Assembly (NCBI GenBank): GCA_963805975.1
Contig: CAWDVR010000003.1
Location: forward strand, 160,001 to 224,000
Reading direction: 5' to 3'
DNA: 64,000 nt
DNA from: an uncultured Acidobacteriota bacterium
GTDB lineage: Bacteria; Acidobacteriota; Thermoanaerobaculia; Multivoradales; SZUA-115
The position numbers were made by a program, and so were the translations under genes. Shown here piece after piece: positions 1-10,529 of this stretch. Position 1 is the first letter of the stretch, and each line of letters opens with the position of its first letter. Under the pieces are notes generated by a model that was not told where the DNA came from, made no database searches, and saw nothing but the letters and a program-made list of their open reading frames with translations.

Positions 1-3000
1 GTTGCGGTGACCGCCGTGGCCACCGTCCAGGTGGCGCTGCAGAAGACCCTGCTCACCACTCCCGCCAACCTGGACCTGCCGGAGAGCTATCGCCTGCGGA
101 TCTCGGTGAGCGGTAACAACGGCTCTCTCAACCTCACGGCCATCGGTCCGGTGACCGATACGCTGCCGCCGGGCACGGTGTTCAGCGGCGCCACGCCGGC
201 GGCCGACTGCCAGCCCGGCTGCGTCGGCACCACGCCGGCGACGATCACCTGGACGAGCCCGTGCTCGGTGCCCCTGGCGGCGGGAGGCAACTGCGACATC
301 ACGGTCAACGTCGTCTTCCCGAGCGCCACCTTCCCGAGTGGCACCAACGTCACCAACAGCTTCACGGCGGACGGCACGCCGCTCGGCGAGCCGGCGCAAA
401 ACTTCGGAGTGGGCCAGATCACTCACCCGGTCACCACCTTCGTGCCGAGCCCCGGCGCCGGCTTCGCCAAGAACGTGACTGGCGGCAGCCCCAACCCGCC
501 GACCCTCAACCAGACCTTCAGCTACGAGCTGGTGCCGAGCAACAACGGCAACGTGCCGCTCGACAACATGGTGGTGGTGGACACGCTACCGGTCGAGATG
601 CAGGTGGCGAGCGTCACCACCGGCGCCTACAGCGGGCTGGCGGACTTCGCTGTCGGCGAGGGCGTGCGGGTGAGCTACGAGAAGAACACCGCGCTCGGCG
701 TCTTTACTCTCTGGGGCAGCTCGCCCAACACCATCACCAACACCACGCTGACCACGCCACCCCCCGGCTTGGGCGCGGGCGAGTACCTGACCCGCATCCG
801 CTGGGAGTATGGCCAGGCGCAGCCTGGAATGAGCGCTTCCGCCCGGCCGCTCATCACCGGCCAGATCGTCAACCCGGACAACGCCGGCGGCCCGGTCGCC
901 TTCGGCGACACGATCCAGAACTGTGCCGATCTGTCGGCGGTCTACACCGCCGGCCCCACCAACGTGAACCAGAGCGCCTGCCGCAGCTTCGTCTTGAGCG
1001 GGCCGTTCGTGCAGCTCAACCCGGCGAAGGAGAACCTCTCGGGAGGCGGGCCGTTCAACCCCGGGCAAACCGTGTCCTGGCGACTGCGGGTGCGCAGTGA
1101 TCCACGCTCGAGCGACCCGGTGGCACTGGAAGATCTGGTGGCCACCGACCTCCTGCCCGTGAATTTGATCTTCTCGAGCTGGACCTTCGACGACCAGGCG
1201 ACCGGCCTGCCGGCGCCGCAGGTCTTCGACCAGATCCCGAACTTCGCCGGCACCGGCCGCACCCTGCTGCGCTGGACCTGGAACGCCGGCAGCGGCAGCC
1301 TGGGCGTCAACCAGCAGGTGTTCATCAACGTCTCGACCACCATCCGCAACGGCGCCCCGGCCGGCAGCCTCGCCAACGACTTCACGCTCGAGAGCGACGC
1401 TCCCGGCCTCGCGCAGCGCTGCACCGGGAGCTCCCAGGCCGACCCGCTCGACTACGACGGCGACGGCGACACGGCCGAGACCCTGTGCCGCGCCACCGGC
1501 ACGATCACCGTGGCGCCCATCGCCCAGCTCATCTCGAGCAAGACGATCCGCGGCACCTGCGACGGCGGCTTCGGCTCGACCTCCGCCGGCACCTTGATCG
1601 GCGGCGAGCTCGAGTACCGCCTGCGGGTCCAGAACGTGGGCACCGTGCCGATGCAGAACTTCGTGCTGATCGACATCCTGCCCTTTGTGGGCGACACCGG
1701 GGTGCGCGACACCAATCCCCGCGGCTCGCTGTGGACCCCGCTCCTCACGGCACCCATCACGCCGCCCGCCGGCACGGTGCTCTACTACTCGACCTCCGGC
1801 AACCCGTGCCGCGGCGAAGTGGGCGGCCCGGTGACGGGCTGCGATCCGCCGAACTGGACCACGGTTCCGCCGAGCCCGATCACCAGCGTCCGTTCGTTCA
1901 AGGTGGAGTTCGGCGCCCGCGTGGTCGGGGCCTTCGACTTCATCGAGTTCTTCTTCTCCATGACCACCCCGGGCAACGTGCCGCCCGGCGACCCGGCCTT
2001 CAACTCCTTCGCCTACCAGGCGGACCGCGCGGACGGTTTGGGCTCGCTCGCCGCCGAGCCGCAGAAGGTCGGAGTGACGCTGGGAAGCTGCGACGCCGCG
2101 AGCCTCGGCGACTTCGTGTGGGTGGACACCGACGGCGACGGCACCCAGGACGACGGCCCCACCGGCGTCAACGACGTCTTGGTCCAGCTCTCGATCCCCG
2201 GCGGGGACGGCCTGCCCGGCACCTTCGACGACGTGCCCCTGGCCTCGACGGTGACCGCCGATGGTCCCGACAGCGCGCCCGGCTGGTACCGCTTCCCGGG
2301 CCTCGCTCCGGGCAGCTACCGGGTCTGCATCGAGGAGCCGCCGACCTTCGATCTCACCACCCCCGACCAGGGCGCCAACGACAGCCTCGACTCCGACGCC
2401 AACCCGGCCAACGCCTGCGCACCGCTCACCGTGCTGGCGGTGAACGAGGACGATCCGACGATCGACTTCGGCCTGGTGGCTACGGGCGAGGCGGCGCTCG
2501 GCAACTACGTCTGGTTCGACCGCGACAGCGACGGCGTCCAGGACGAGTCGCCCTTCGACGGCGCCAATGGCGTCTCCGTGCGGCTCTTTGCCGACGACGG
2601 CGACGGCACCCCCGAGCCGGGGAGCGGCGACGCGCTGGTGGCCAGCACGGTCACGGCCGACGACGTCTACGGCCAGCCCGGCTACTACCTGTTCGACGGT
2701 CTGGTGCCGGGAGTGCCGTACTTCGTGCAGTTCATCCTGCCGGCTTCCGCCACCGGCTTCACCACGCAGAACGCCGGCGGCGACGACACGGTGGACTCCG
2801 ACGCCGCCCCCGGCGACGGCACGACCCCGGTGGTGACCCTCGCGTCCGGCGAGCTCAACCCCACGATCGACGCCGGCCTGGTGACGCCGACGGGCACGCT
2901 GGCCCTCGGGGACCAGGTGTGGCTCGACAGCGACAACGACGGCGTCTTCGAGCCGGAGAACGGCGAGCCGGGAATCGACGGCGTGCGCCTGGATCTCTAC

Positions 3001-6000
3001 CTCGACGACAACGGCGACGACCAGCCCACGCTGGACGAGTACCTGGCCACCACCACCACCGCGACCGTGAGCGGCTTCGCCGGGCTCTACCGCTTCTCGG
3101 GCCTGGCGCCCGGCACCTACATCGTGGTGGTCGCGCCCGAGAGCTTCGCCGGTGGCGGCGCCCTCTCCGGCCTGGTCACCAGCACCGGCAACGACCCCGC
3201 GCCCGATCCGGACGACGACGTCAACGGGGACGACAACGGCACCGACCTGGGTGCGCTCATCGCCAGCCGGCCGGTGACCTTGACCGACAACGGTGAGCCG
3301 ACGTCCGAGGACGGTAACAACGACACCAACCTGACGGTGGACTTCGGCTTCATCCCCGGCGCCGCGGTGGCCGAGCCGGAGCACGACTACGGCGATGCGC
3401 CGGACACCGGGGCCGGCGCCACCAACGGCGACTACAACACCACCGCCCTCGACACCGGCGCCTTCCACAGCGTCGGCGTGGCGGGCGCGCCGTTCCTGGG
3501 CGCCTGCGTGGACGCCGACGGCGGCTTCAACCAGAACGTGCAGGCGAGCGCGGACGACAACAGCGGTTTCGGCACGGTCGTCGGGTCCTGCGACGTCGAG
3601 GACGACGACGAGGACGGCGTGGCCTTCACCGGTCCCTTCACGCCCGGCGCCACGGCCACCTTCAGCGTCACCGCCGGCGGGCCGGCGGCCTGCTCGCTCG
3701 ACGCCTGGGTGGACTGGAACCAGAGCGGCATCTTCGGCGACGGCGCCGGCGAGCAGATCGCGACCTCGCTCGCCGTGCCCACCGGCCCGCCCACCGTGCT
3801 CACTCCGGGCGTACCGGCCGGCGCGGTGCCGGGCCTCACCTACGCCCGCTTCCGCTGCTCGACGGCGGGGGGCCTTTCGCCCACCGGGGCGGCACCGAAC
3901 GGCGAGGTGGAGGACTACCTCGTGGGAGTGGTGGGCACCGATTTCGGCGACGCCCCGGCTTCCTACGGTACGCAGGGAGCGGGCGCGGCGAGCCATACCA
4001 TCGACCCGATCTCGCCGCTGCTCCTCGGCGGCTGCGTGGACACCGAGGCCGACGGCCAGCCCGACGTCTCTGCCTCGGGCGACGACAGCGCCGCGGGCAC
4101 GAGCTCGATCGGAGGCTGCTTCGACGACGAGGAGGCCGTGGCCTTCCAGTCGGCGCTCACCGCCTGCCAGAGCGCCCAGGTCACGGTCACGGCCGGGGCG
4201 GCGGGCCTGCTCGACGCCTGGATCGACTTCAACCTCGACGGCGACTTCAACGACCCCGGCGAGCAGATCTTCGACGCCCAGGCCTTGACCTCCGGTGCCA
4301 ACGCGCTCGGTTTCACCGTGCCGTGCACCGCGGTCGAATCGCCGACCTACGCCCGCTTCCGGCTCTCCTCGCACGGGCGTGGCGGGCCCGACCGGCGCGG
4401 CGCCGGACGGCGAGGTGGAGGACTACGCGGTCAACGTCGGCGACGTGGACTTGGGCGACGCGCCGGACACCTACGGCACCACGATCGCGAGCAACGGCCC
4501 CAACCACGGCACCACGGTCGGCTTCACCCTGGGAGCGACGATCGACAGCGAGAGCGACGGCCAGCCCTCGGTGGGAGCCAACGGCGACGGCGCCGACGAG
4601 GACGGCGTCACCCTGCCCGCCGGCGGGTTGATCGCGTGCTCCACGACGAACGTCACGGTCAACCTCACCAACACCGCGGGCGTCGAGCAGCCCCTGCTCG
4701 ATGCCTGGGTGGACTTCGACGGCGACGGCGCCTTCAACGACCCGCGCGACCGCATCGCCAACGCTCTGGCTCTCACCGCCGGCGCCAACGTGGTGGCGGT
4801 CAACGTGCCGTGCGACGCCGGACCGGCTGCCTCCTACTCGCGCTTCCGGCTGAGCTCGACCGGGGTCGCGGGCCCCGGCGGCCCGGCCCTCGACGGCGAA
4901 GTGGAGGACTGGGTGGTGGGAGTGCAGGGCCTGGACTTCGGCGACGCGCCGGACCCGACCTATCCCACTCTCCTGGCATCGAACGGCGCCCGTCACGTGG
5001 TGGGTGTCGGCCCCAACCCGACGCTGGGCGCGGTGGTGGACACCGAGCCCAACGGCCAGCCGAACCCCGGTCTCACGGGCGACGACGTGCAGGAGGCCGA
5101 CGACGAGGACGGCGTGGTCTTCCCGGCCGTGATGGTGCCGGGCACGGACGGCACGGTGCAGCTCTCGACCGGCGCCACCGGCGGCACGGTCTCCTGCTGG
5201 CTCGACTTCAACCGTGACGGCGACTGGGGTGACGCCGGTGAGCAGATCGTCACCGACGCGGTGATCGCCGCCGGCACCACCACCAGCCGGACCTTCCCGG
5301 TGACGGTGGGCTCGCCGCAGGGGAGCTCTCCCGCCCGCTGCCGCATCAGCTCGCGGGGTGGGTTGGGGGTGACCGGCCAGGCGAGCGACGGCGAGATCGA
5401 GGACCACCTGGCACCGATCGGCGTCGAGGAGCCGCTGATCGGCGTCGCCAAGCAGCTCGTGGAGATCGTCCGCCTGGGCGGTACGCAGTACCAGGTGGAG
5501 TTCGAGATCCGCCTTGCCAATCTGGGCAACGTGCCGCTCAGCGACGTCCAGGTGATGGAAGACCTCGCGGCCACCTTTGCCGAGGCGGTCTCGTTCAGCG
5601 TGCTCTCGCTCACCAGCACGGATCTGGTGGTCAACCCGGCCTTCGACGGTGCCGGCGACACCTCGCTCCTGGCCGCCGGCAACAGCCTAGCCGTGGGTGC
5701 GAGCGGCTCGATCTCGCTCCTCGTTCAGGTCGAGAGCGGCGGCGAGACCGGCCCCTACACCAACCAGGTGCTGGCGAGCGGCACCAGCCCGGCCGACGTG
5801 CCGGTGACCGACAGCTCGCAGGACGGCGAGGAGATCGACCCGGACGACGACGGCGACCCGACCGACAACGACGATCCGACGATCTTCTTCCTGTCGCTCA
5901 CCGCCATCGAGATCCCGACCCTCGGCACCTGGGGCCTGATGCTCCTGGTGGCTCTGCTGGCCCTGGTGGCGATGCGGCGGATGAGGAGGGTGCAGGCGTG

Positions 6001-6001
6001 A
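1..6001 (+). CDS. Giant surface/adhesin-like protein (DUF11-like Ig repeats, SdrD B-like domains, GEVED domains, C-terminal IPTL-CTERM sorting signal); 5' end outside window, apparent +1 frameshift at ~4372
   Basis: ORF 7..5217 reads as protein until ARFRLSS (~4371); homologous sequence then continues in ORF 4295..6001 (TGVAGPTGAAPDGEVEDY). Repeats LGDFVWxDxDGDGxQD, GEVEDY, DFGDAP. Ends IEIPTLGTWGLMLLVALLALVAMRRMRR. Confidence 0.85.
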
Positions 6002-6204
6002 GAAGGGGCCGCAGCGTGCTGCACCCGGCCACCACCAAGAACTCGTCGCTCGATGTCCCGGTGGTCAAAGTCAGGCTTCTTCCCGGAGAGCTGGAGGAGC
6101 TCGTCCGGGAAGGGCGGCAGAGCGGGGACCGATTCTGGGCAGAGGCAGCAAGCAAGGTGTCGAACAAGACTGCAGCCGGCCCTCGACGCAAATCCGCGCG
6201 CTGA
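5998..6204 (+). CDS. Small hypothetical protein (68 aa), possibly ribbon-helix-helix-like
   Basis: GTG start overlaps the upstream TGA (GTGA); fills the gap before the convergent gene; VVKVRL-PGELEEL strand-helix pattern. Confidence 0.3.
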   Translation: MRRGRSVLHPATTKNSSLDVPVVKVRLLPGELEELVREGRQSGDRFWAEAASKVSNKTAAGPRRKSAR

Positions 6205-6218
6205 CCGCCGTCTGCGCC

Positions 6219-8339
6219 TCAAAACCTCCACTCCGCGATCAGCCGCACGGCGCGCGGCTCCGCGGGGTGGAAGTGGACGTCGGCGATGCCTTCCTCGGGC
6301 TCGCCGGGGAGGCGGGACTCGTAGTAGTAGTCGATGTCGCTCACCCGCTCGTTGGTGAGGTTGAAGACCTCCAGCCCGAGCCGCAGGCCGCTCCGGAGCT
6401 GGTAGCCGATGCGGGCGTTGACGGTGCTCGAGTCGCCGGAGCGCACGGAATCGTCCTCGACCAGAGAGCGGGGCCCGAAGTGGCGCAGGCGCACGCCGCC
6501 GAAGAAGCCGCCGAGATCGTCCACCGAGATGCCCGCCGCCACCACCCGCTCGGTGGCGCCGGGGATGCGGTCGCCGGCGGGGTCCGAGTTGGTGAAGCGG
6601 GCGAGGGTGAAGGTGGCGTCGAGGTCGATCGCCAGCCACGGCAGAGGGCGCCAGAAGTTGGTGATCTCGACGCCGGTGCGGCGGCTGGGACGGCCGGCCT
6701 CGGTGGTGCCGGCGTCACCCACGAAGACGATCTCGGAGTCGAGCTCCAGGCCGAACACGGAGACCGTCGTCACCAGGTTCGCGAACCGTTCGGTGCGGAA
6801 GCCGACGTCCGCGCCGCGGGCGCGCACCAGCGGCGGCACCCGGCCCGCGGCCTCGCCGGTCCGCGGATCGACGGCGATGGTGGCGCCGCGGGAGTCGTTC
6901 GAGTGGAAGCCGTAGCCCGCGTTGAGGTAGATCTCGGTCGCGTTCCAGGGGCCGAGCACCAGGCTCGCCTTGGGGGAGAGCACGGCGTCGGTGTCGGTGT
7001 CCGAGTTGGCTGCGAGGTCGCTCGTCACGTCGACGTAGAGCCCGTCGGCGCGCAGGCCGAGGGTCGTGCGCACCTTCTCGCTCCAGCGCACGCGCCCCTC
7101 CCAGAAGAGCGCCGGGTTGATCTCGATCACGTCGTCCTCGCGCGTGGTCGAGACGCGCCGGCGGCGCTCGGTGGAGAAGAGCCCGTTCGCGATCAGGTCG
7201 CCGCGCAGGTCGAAGCCCACCAGGTGCTCGACCGGCCGCTCGCGCCAGGCGCTCGACCAGCGCCGCTTGGTGCCGCCGCCCAGCAGCAGCCGGCGGTCCT
7301 TCTGCTCGAACTGGTCGCCCCGCACCGGGTCGTCGAGGAAGTAGGTGAAGTTCGAGAACAGCGCGAGGTCGGAGTAGACGGCATAGGCGTTGGCCCGCGT
7401 CTGGGTGGTGCCGCTCGCGCGCCACAGCTCGCCCGTCAAGCCGAAGCGCTCCGCCGCGCCGCCGTCGCTCGCGTCGATCGGGTCGAAGCGTGAGATCGCG
7501 CCCGAGGCCACAGCGCGCCCCGGGACCTGGTCGGTCGCGTTCCAGTCGCTTTCGTACCCTTGAGCCATCAGGTGGAAGCCGCGCTCCGCGTCGCCGTGGC
7601 TGTAGCGCAGCAGCGCGTTCGCCCGGTTCAGGTCCTCGGGCAGGGTCCAAGGGCCGTCGTTCTGGCCGAGCTCGACGGCGCCGAGGAGCGAGCCGCCGGC
7701 CCACTGCCGGGAGTCGGCGAGGAGCAGGCGGCCGTAGTCGTCTTCGCCGTAGTCGAGCTTGACCAGCGCCTCGGGCAGCGAGCCCAGGTACTCGATGTGG
7801 GCGGCGCCGGCGGCGGAGAAGTTGCCCTCGTCGGCGTAGTACGGTCCCTTCCGGTACTCCACGCGCTCCACCAGCTCGGGGATCACGAAGTTGAGATCGG
7901 TGTAGCCCTGGCCGTGGCCGTGCGACGGCAGGTTCACCGGCACGCCGCCGGCGGTGACGCGGAAGTCCGTGCCGTGGTCGAGGTTGAAGCCGCGCAGGAA
8001 GTACTGGTTGGCCTTGCCGGAGCCGCTGTGCTGGGTGATGACCACGCCGGGCACGGTCTCGAGCAGCTCGCCGGGCCGCAGCAGGGGCCGGCGCTCGAGG
8101 TCGGCGTGGCCGGTGGCACCCTCGGTGGCGGAGTCCACGACCCCCACCAACTCGCTCGCCCGCTCCTTGACCTCGACCTCGTCGAAGACGGTGAAGTTGC
8201 CGTCGGAAGCGTGGTGGTCCGCCGCCTCGGCGGTGACCTCGGGCTCAGCCGGCTCGGGTTCTTGCGCGAGGACAGGGGAGAGCGCGAGCGAGTGCGCGAG
8301 GCACACGGACGCGGCGAGCACGAGCAGGCTTTGAGTCAT
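6219..8339 (-). CDS. TonB-dependent outer-membrane receptor
   Basis: Signal peptide; plug motif ELLETVPGVVITQHSGSGKANQYFLRGFNLDHGTDF; C-terminal aromatic residue (EWRF). Confidence 0.92.
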   Translation of the reverse strand: MTQSLLVLAASVCLAHSLALSPVLAQEPEPAEPEVTAEAADHHASDGNFTVFDEVEVKERASELVGVVDSATEGATGHADLERRPLLRPGELLETVPGVVITQHSGSGKANQYFLRGFNLDHGTDFRVTAGGVPVNLPSHGHGQGYTDLNFVIPELVERVEYRKGPYYADEGNFSAAGAAHIEYLGSLPEALVKLDYGEDDYGRLLLADSRQWAGGSLLGAVELGQNDGPWTLPEDLNRANALLRYSHGDAERGFHLMAQGYESDWNATDQVPGRAVASGAISRFDPIDASDGGAAERFGLTGELWRASGTTQTRANAYAVYSDLALFSNFTYFLDDPVRGDQFEQKDRRLLLGGGTKRRWSSAWRERPVEHLVGFDLRGDLIANGLFSTERRRRVSTTREDDVIEINPALFWEGRVRWSEKVRTTLGLRADGLYVDVTSDLAANSDTDTDAVLSPKASLVLGPWNATEIYLNAGYGFHSNDSRGATIAVDPRTGEAAGRVPPLVRARGADVGFRTERFANLVTTVSVFGLELDSEIVFVGDAGTTEAGRPSRRTGVEITNFWRPLPWLAIDLDATFTLARFTNSDPAGDRIPGATERVVAAGISVDDLGGFFGGVRLRHFGPRSLVEDDSVRSGDSSTVNARIGYQLRSGLRLGLEVFNLTNERVSDIDYYYESRLPGEPEEGIADVHFHPAEPRAVRLIAEWRF

Positions 8340-8400
8340 AGCGGGGCTCCTCGCTCGCTATACGAAGCCCACGACGCGGCGGCCGACCGCCGCCCTGTGC

Positions 8401-8751
8401 TCAGAACGGCTTGTAGACGCCGAGGTAGGCCGCGGCAGCCCCGAGCACCGGCAGCAGCACCCACCAGAGCGTGGAGCTCTGAGGCTGGCGGCGGATGAGC
8501 ACGATCACCCCGCCCAGGAGCGCCCAGATCACGACCTTGACCAGCACCCAGGGCGGGAAGCCGAGGCTGAGCTTGGCCAGGATGCCGAAGCCGCTGACCA
8601 GGATCAGCAGCAGGGCGACGCCGTGCGTCCGGAGCGCCAGCCGGCGGCTCTCGGCGTGGCCGCTCCTCGCCGCGGCGATCAGGGCGCCCAGCGACAGGAA
8701 GGCGAGGATCACGCCCACCAGGTGCAGCAGCTTGTAGAACGGGTAGCTCAT
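8401..8751 (-). CDS. Small 4-TM membrane protein (SirB2-like)
   Basis: YKLLHLVGV...HGVALLLILVSG...WVLVK...YKPF pattern; four hydrophobic segments. Confidence 0.75.
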   Translation of the reverse strand: MSYPFYKLLHLVGVILAFLSLGALIAAARSGHAESRRLALRTHGVALLLILVSGFGILAKLSLGFPPWVLVKVVIWALLGGVIVLIRRQPQSSTLWWVLLPVLGAAAAYLGVYKPF

Positions 8752-8806
8752 GAGCTCGAACCTCTCCTCGAGGACGCCGCGGTCCGCGGCGCCGTTGGCG
8801 GCAGGA

Positions 8807-9694
8807 TCAGGACGGCTTGCGCCGCCCCTCTTCGTCGTACTCGTAGACTCCCTTGCCCACCTTGCGCCCGAAGCGGCCGGCCTTGACGTACTGGACCAGC
8901 AGGTTGCTCGGCCGGTAGGCGTCGCCGAGCGTCTTTTGCAGATACTCGAGGATCGACAGCCGCACGTCGAGGCCCACCAGGTCCACCATCTCGAAAGGGC
9001 CCATGGGGTGGTTCAGGCCCAGCTTGAGCGCGGTGTCGATGTCCTCGGCCGAGGCGACGCCCTCCTGCAGCATGCGGAAGGCCTCGTTGCCGATCAGGGC
9101 ATTGATGCGGCTGGTGACGAAGCCGGGCGACTCGTGGACCAGCACCGTGGTCTTCCCCATGCGGCGCGACACCTCTTCGATCGCCGCCACGGTCTCCGGC
9201 GCGGTCTCGAGGCCGCGGACGATCTCGACCAGCTTCATCAGGTGCACAGGGTTGAAGAAGTGCATGCCGGCGAAGAGCCGGGGCCGGCCGGAGCCCGCCG
9301 CCATCTCGGTGATCGAGAGCGACGAGGTGTTGGAGGCGAAGAGGGCCTCCGCGGGGGCGCTCTCGACGACCTTGCGGAAGGTCTCGATCTTGAGCGCCAT
9401 GGACTCAGGGATAGCCTCGATCACCAGGCCGCTGCCGGTCACGGCGGCGCCGAGGTCGGCGTGGAAAGAGAGCGCGGCCCTGGCCTTCTCCGCCGCCGCG
9501 GGCTCCATCTTGCCGAGCTCGACGCCCTTGTCCAGGTTCTTGTCGATGCGGCTCCTGGCGGCATCGAGCACCGTTTGCTCCACGTCGAAGAGCCGGGTGT
9601 CGTAGCCGGCGGCGGCCGCCACCTGGGCGATGCCGCGGCCCATGGTGCCGGCGCCCAGGACGGCGATGGAGTGGATTGCGAAGTCTGAAGGCAT
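8807..9694 (-). CDS. 3-hydroxyacyl-CoA (3-hydroxybutyryl-CoA) dehydrogenase
   Basis: Start taken at MPSDFAIHS (9694). Rossmann VLGAGTMGRGIA, SNTSSLSITE, GMHFFNP, HPMGPFE, GRKVGKGVY. Confidence 0.93.
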   Translation of the reverse strand: MPSDFAIHSIAVLGAGTMGRGIAQVAAAAGYDTRLFDVEQTVLDAARSRIDKNLDKGVELGKMEPAAAEKARAALSFHADLGAAVTGSGLVIEAIPESMALKIETFRKVVESAPAEALFASNTSSLSITEMAAGSGRPRLFAGMHFFNPVHLMKLVEIVRGLETAPETVAAIEEVSRRMGKTTVLVHESPGFVTSRINALIGNEAFRMLQEGVASAEDIDTALKLGLNHPMGPFEMVDLVGLDVRLSILEYLQKTLGDAYRPSNLLVQYVKAGRFGRKVGKGVYEYDEEGRRKPS

Positions 9695-9704
9695 AGAGGG
9701 CTCT

Positions 9705-9758
9705 GTCGATCTCGGGAGACGGGTCGATCTCAGGAGACGGGTCGATCTCAGGAAACGG
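9705..9758. repeat. 3 x 18-bp tandem repeat overlapping the stop codon of the ferritin-like gene
   Basis: gtcgatctcgggagacgg / gtcgatctcaggagacgg / gtcgatctcaggaaacgg. Confidence 0.9.
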
Positions 9759-10446
9759 GAAGGGAGTGCAGGCCGGTCGTCCTCTCGGCCAGGGTGCGAA
9801 GCTCGTCGGCGATGGCAAGGGTGTTGCGCGTCGCGGCGGCCACCAGCTCCTGGAGCTCGGGGGTGTTCGCGTGGCGCTCCAGGAACTCGCGGCCGATGTG
9901 GTGGTGGTGGACCTCTTCGGGCTGGATCACCTCGCGGTAGAGGCGCGCGGTCTCGAGATCTCCCACCGACTCGCAGAAGGCGATGAACTGCGTGTTGCGC
10001 ACCTCGGCGATGGCCTCGCTGGCGAAGGGGCCGGCGGCGATGCGCTCCACCGTGGTGCGCAGCCCCCGCATGTACTGGTAGAGCGGGCTGTGCCCCTCGG
10101 CCAGCGGGTCGAAACCCGAGAGGTCGTCCCCCAGCTCGGCCAGCCGCTGGCTGATCAAGTGGTAGTGGCGCATCTCGTCGCCGCACTGCGCCGCAAAGAC
10201 GTGCTTGGCGTCGATCTCCGGCGTCGAGGGCATCCAGAAGCCGGCGAGCTCACTCGCTTCGAGCTCGGAGGCGAGCGCCAGCTTCAGGAGGGTGACGACC
10301 TCGATCCGGCCCCCCGACTCGGCCTCCAGGGTCTCGTGCTCGCCCAGCCGGGCGAAGAGGCCGTGCATCTCCTCGACCAGGGCGGCAATGAATTTTTTGC
10401 TTTCCGGGGCCTGACTGTCCACGGCTGGGCTCCTCGAGGCCGGCAT
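9748..10446 (-). CDS. Ferritin-like di-iron domain protein
   Basis: ELEASE...DEMRHY...SEAIAE...EEVHH: paired E and ExxH ligands of a four-helix bundle. Start position uncertain. Confidence 0.75.
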   Translation of the reverse strand: MPASRSPAVDSQAPESKKFIAALVEEMHGLFARLGEHETLEAESGGRIEVVTLLKLALASELEASELAGFWMPSTPEIDAKHVFAAQCGDEMRHYHLISQRLAELGDDLSGFDPLAEGHSPLYQYMRGLRTTVERIAAGPFASEAIAEVRNTQFIAFCESVGDLETARLYREVIQPEEVHHHHIGREFLERHANTPELQELVAAATRNTLAIADELRTLAERTTGLHSLPVS

Positions 10447-10529
10447 TGTACGCGCGGGACCCGTAGGCTATCATCCCGGCCGGCTTCCGAGGCCCGAGCC
10501 TCGCCCTCCAGGTTCGCCCCAGGATCCCG

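Noticed and set aside
9705-9758. Short repeat array as a possible CRISPR
   Set aside because: Units are directly tandem with no spacers, and there are no cas genes.
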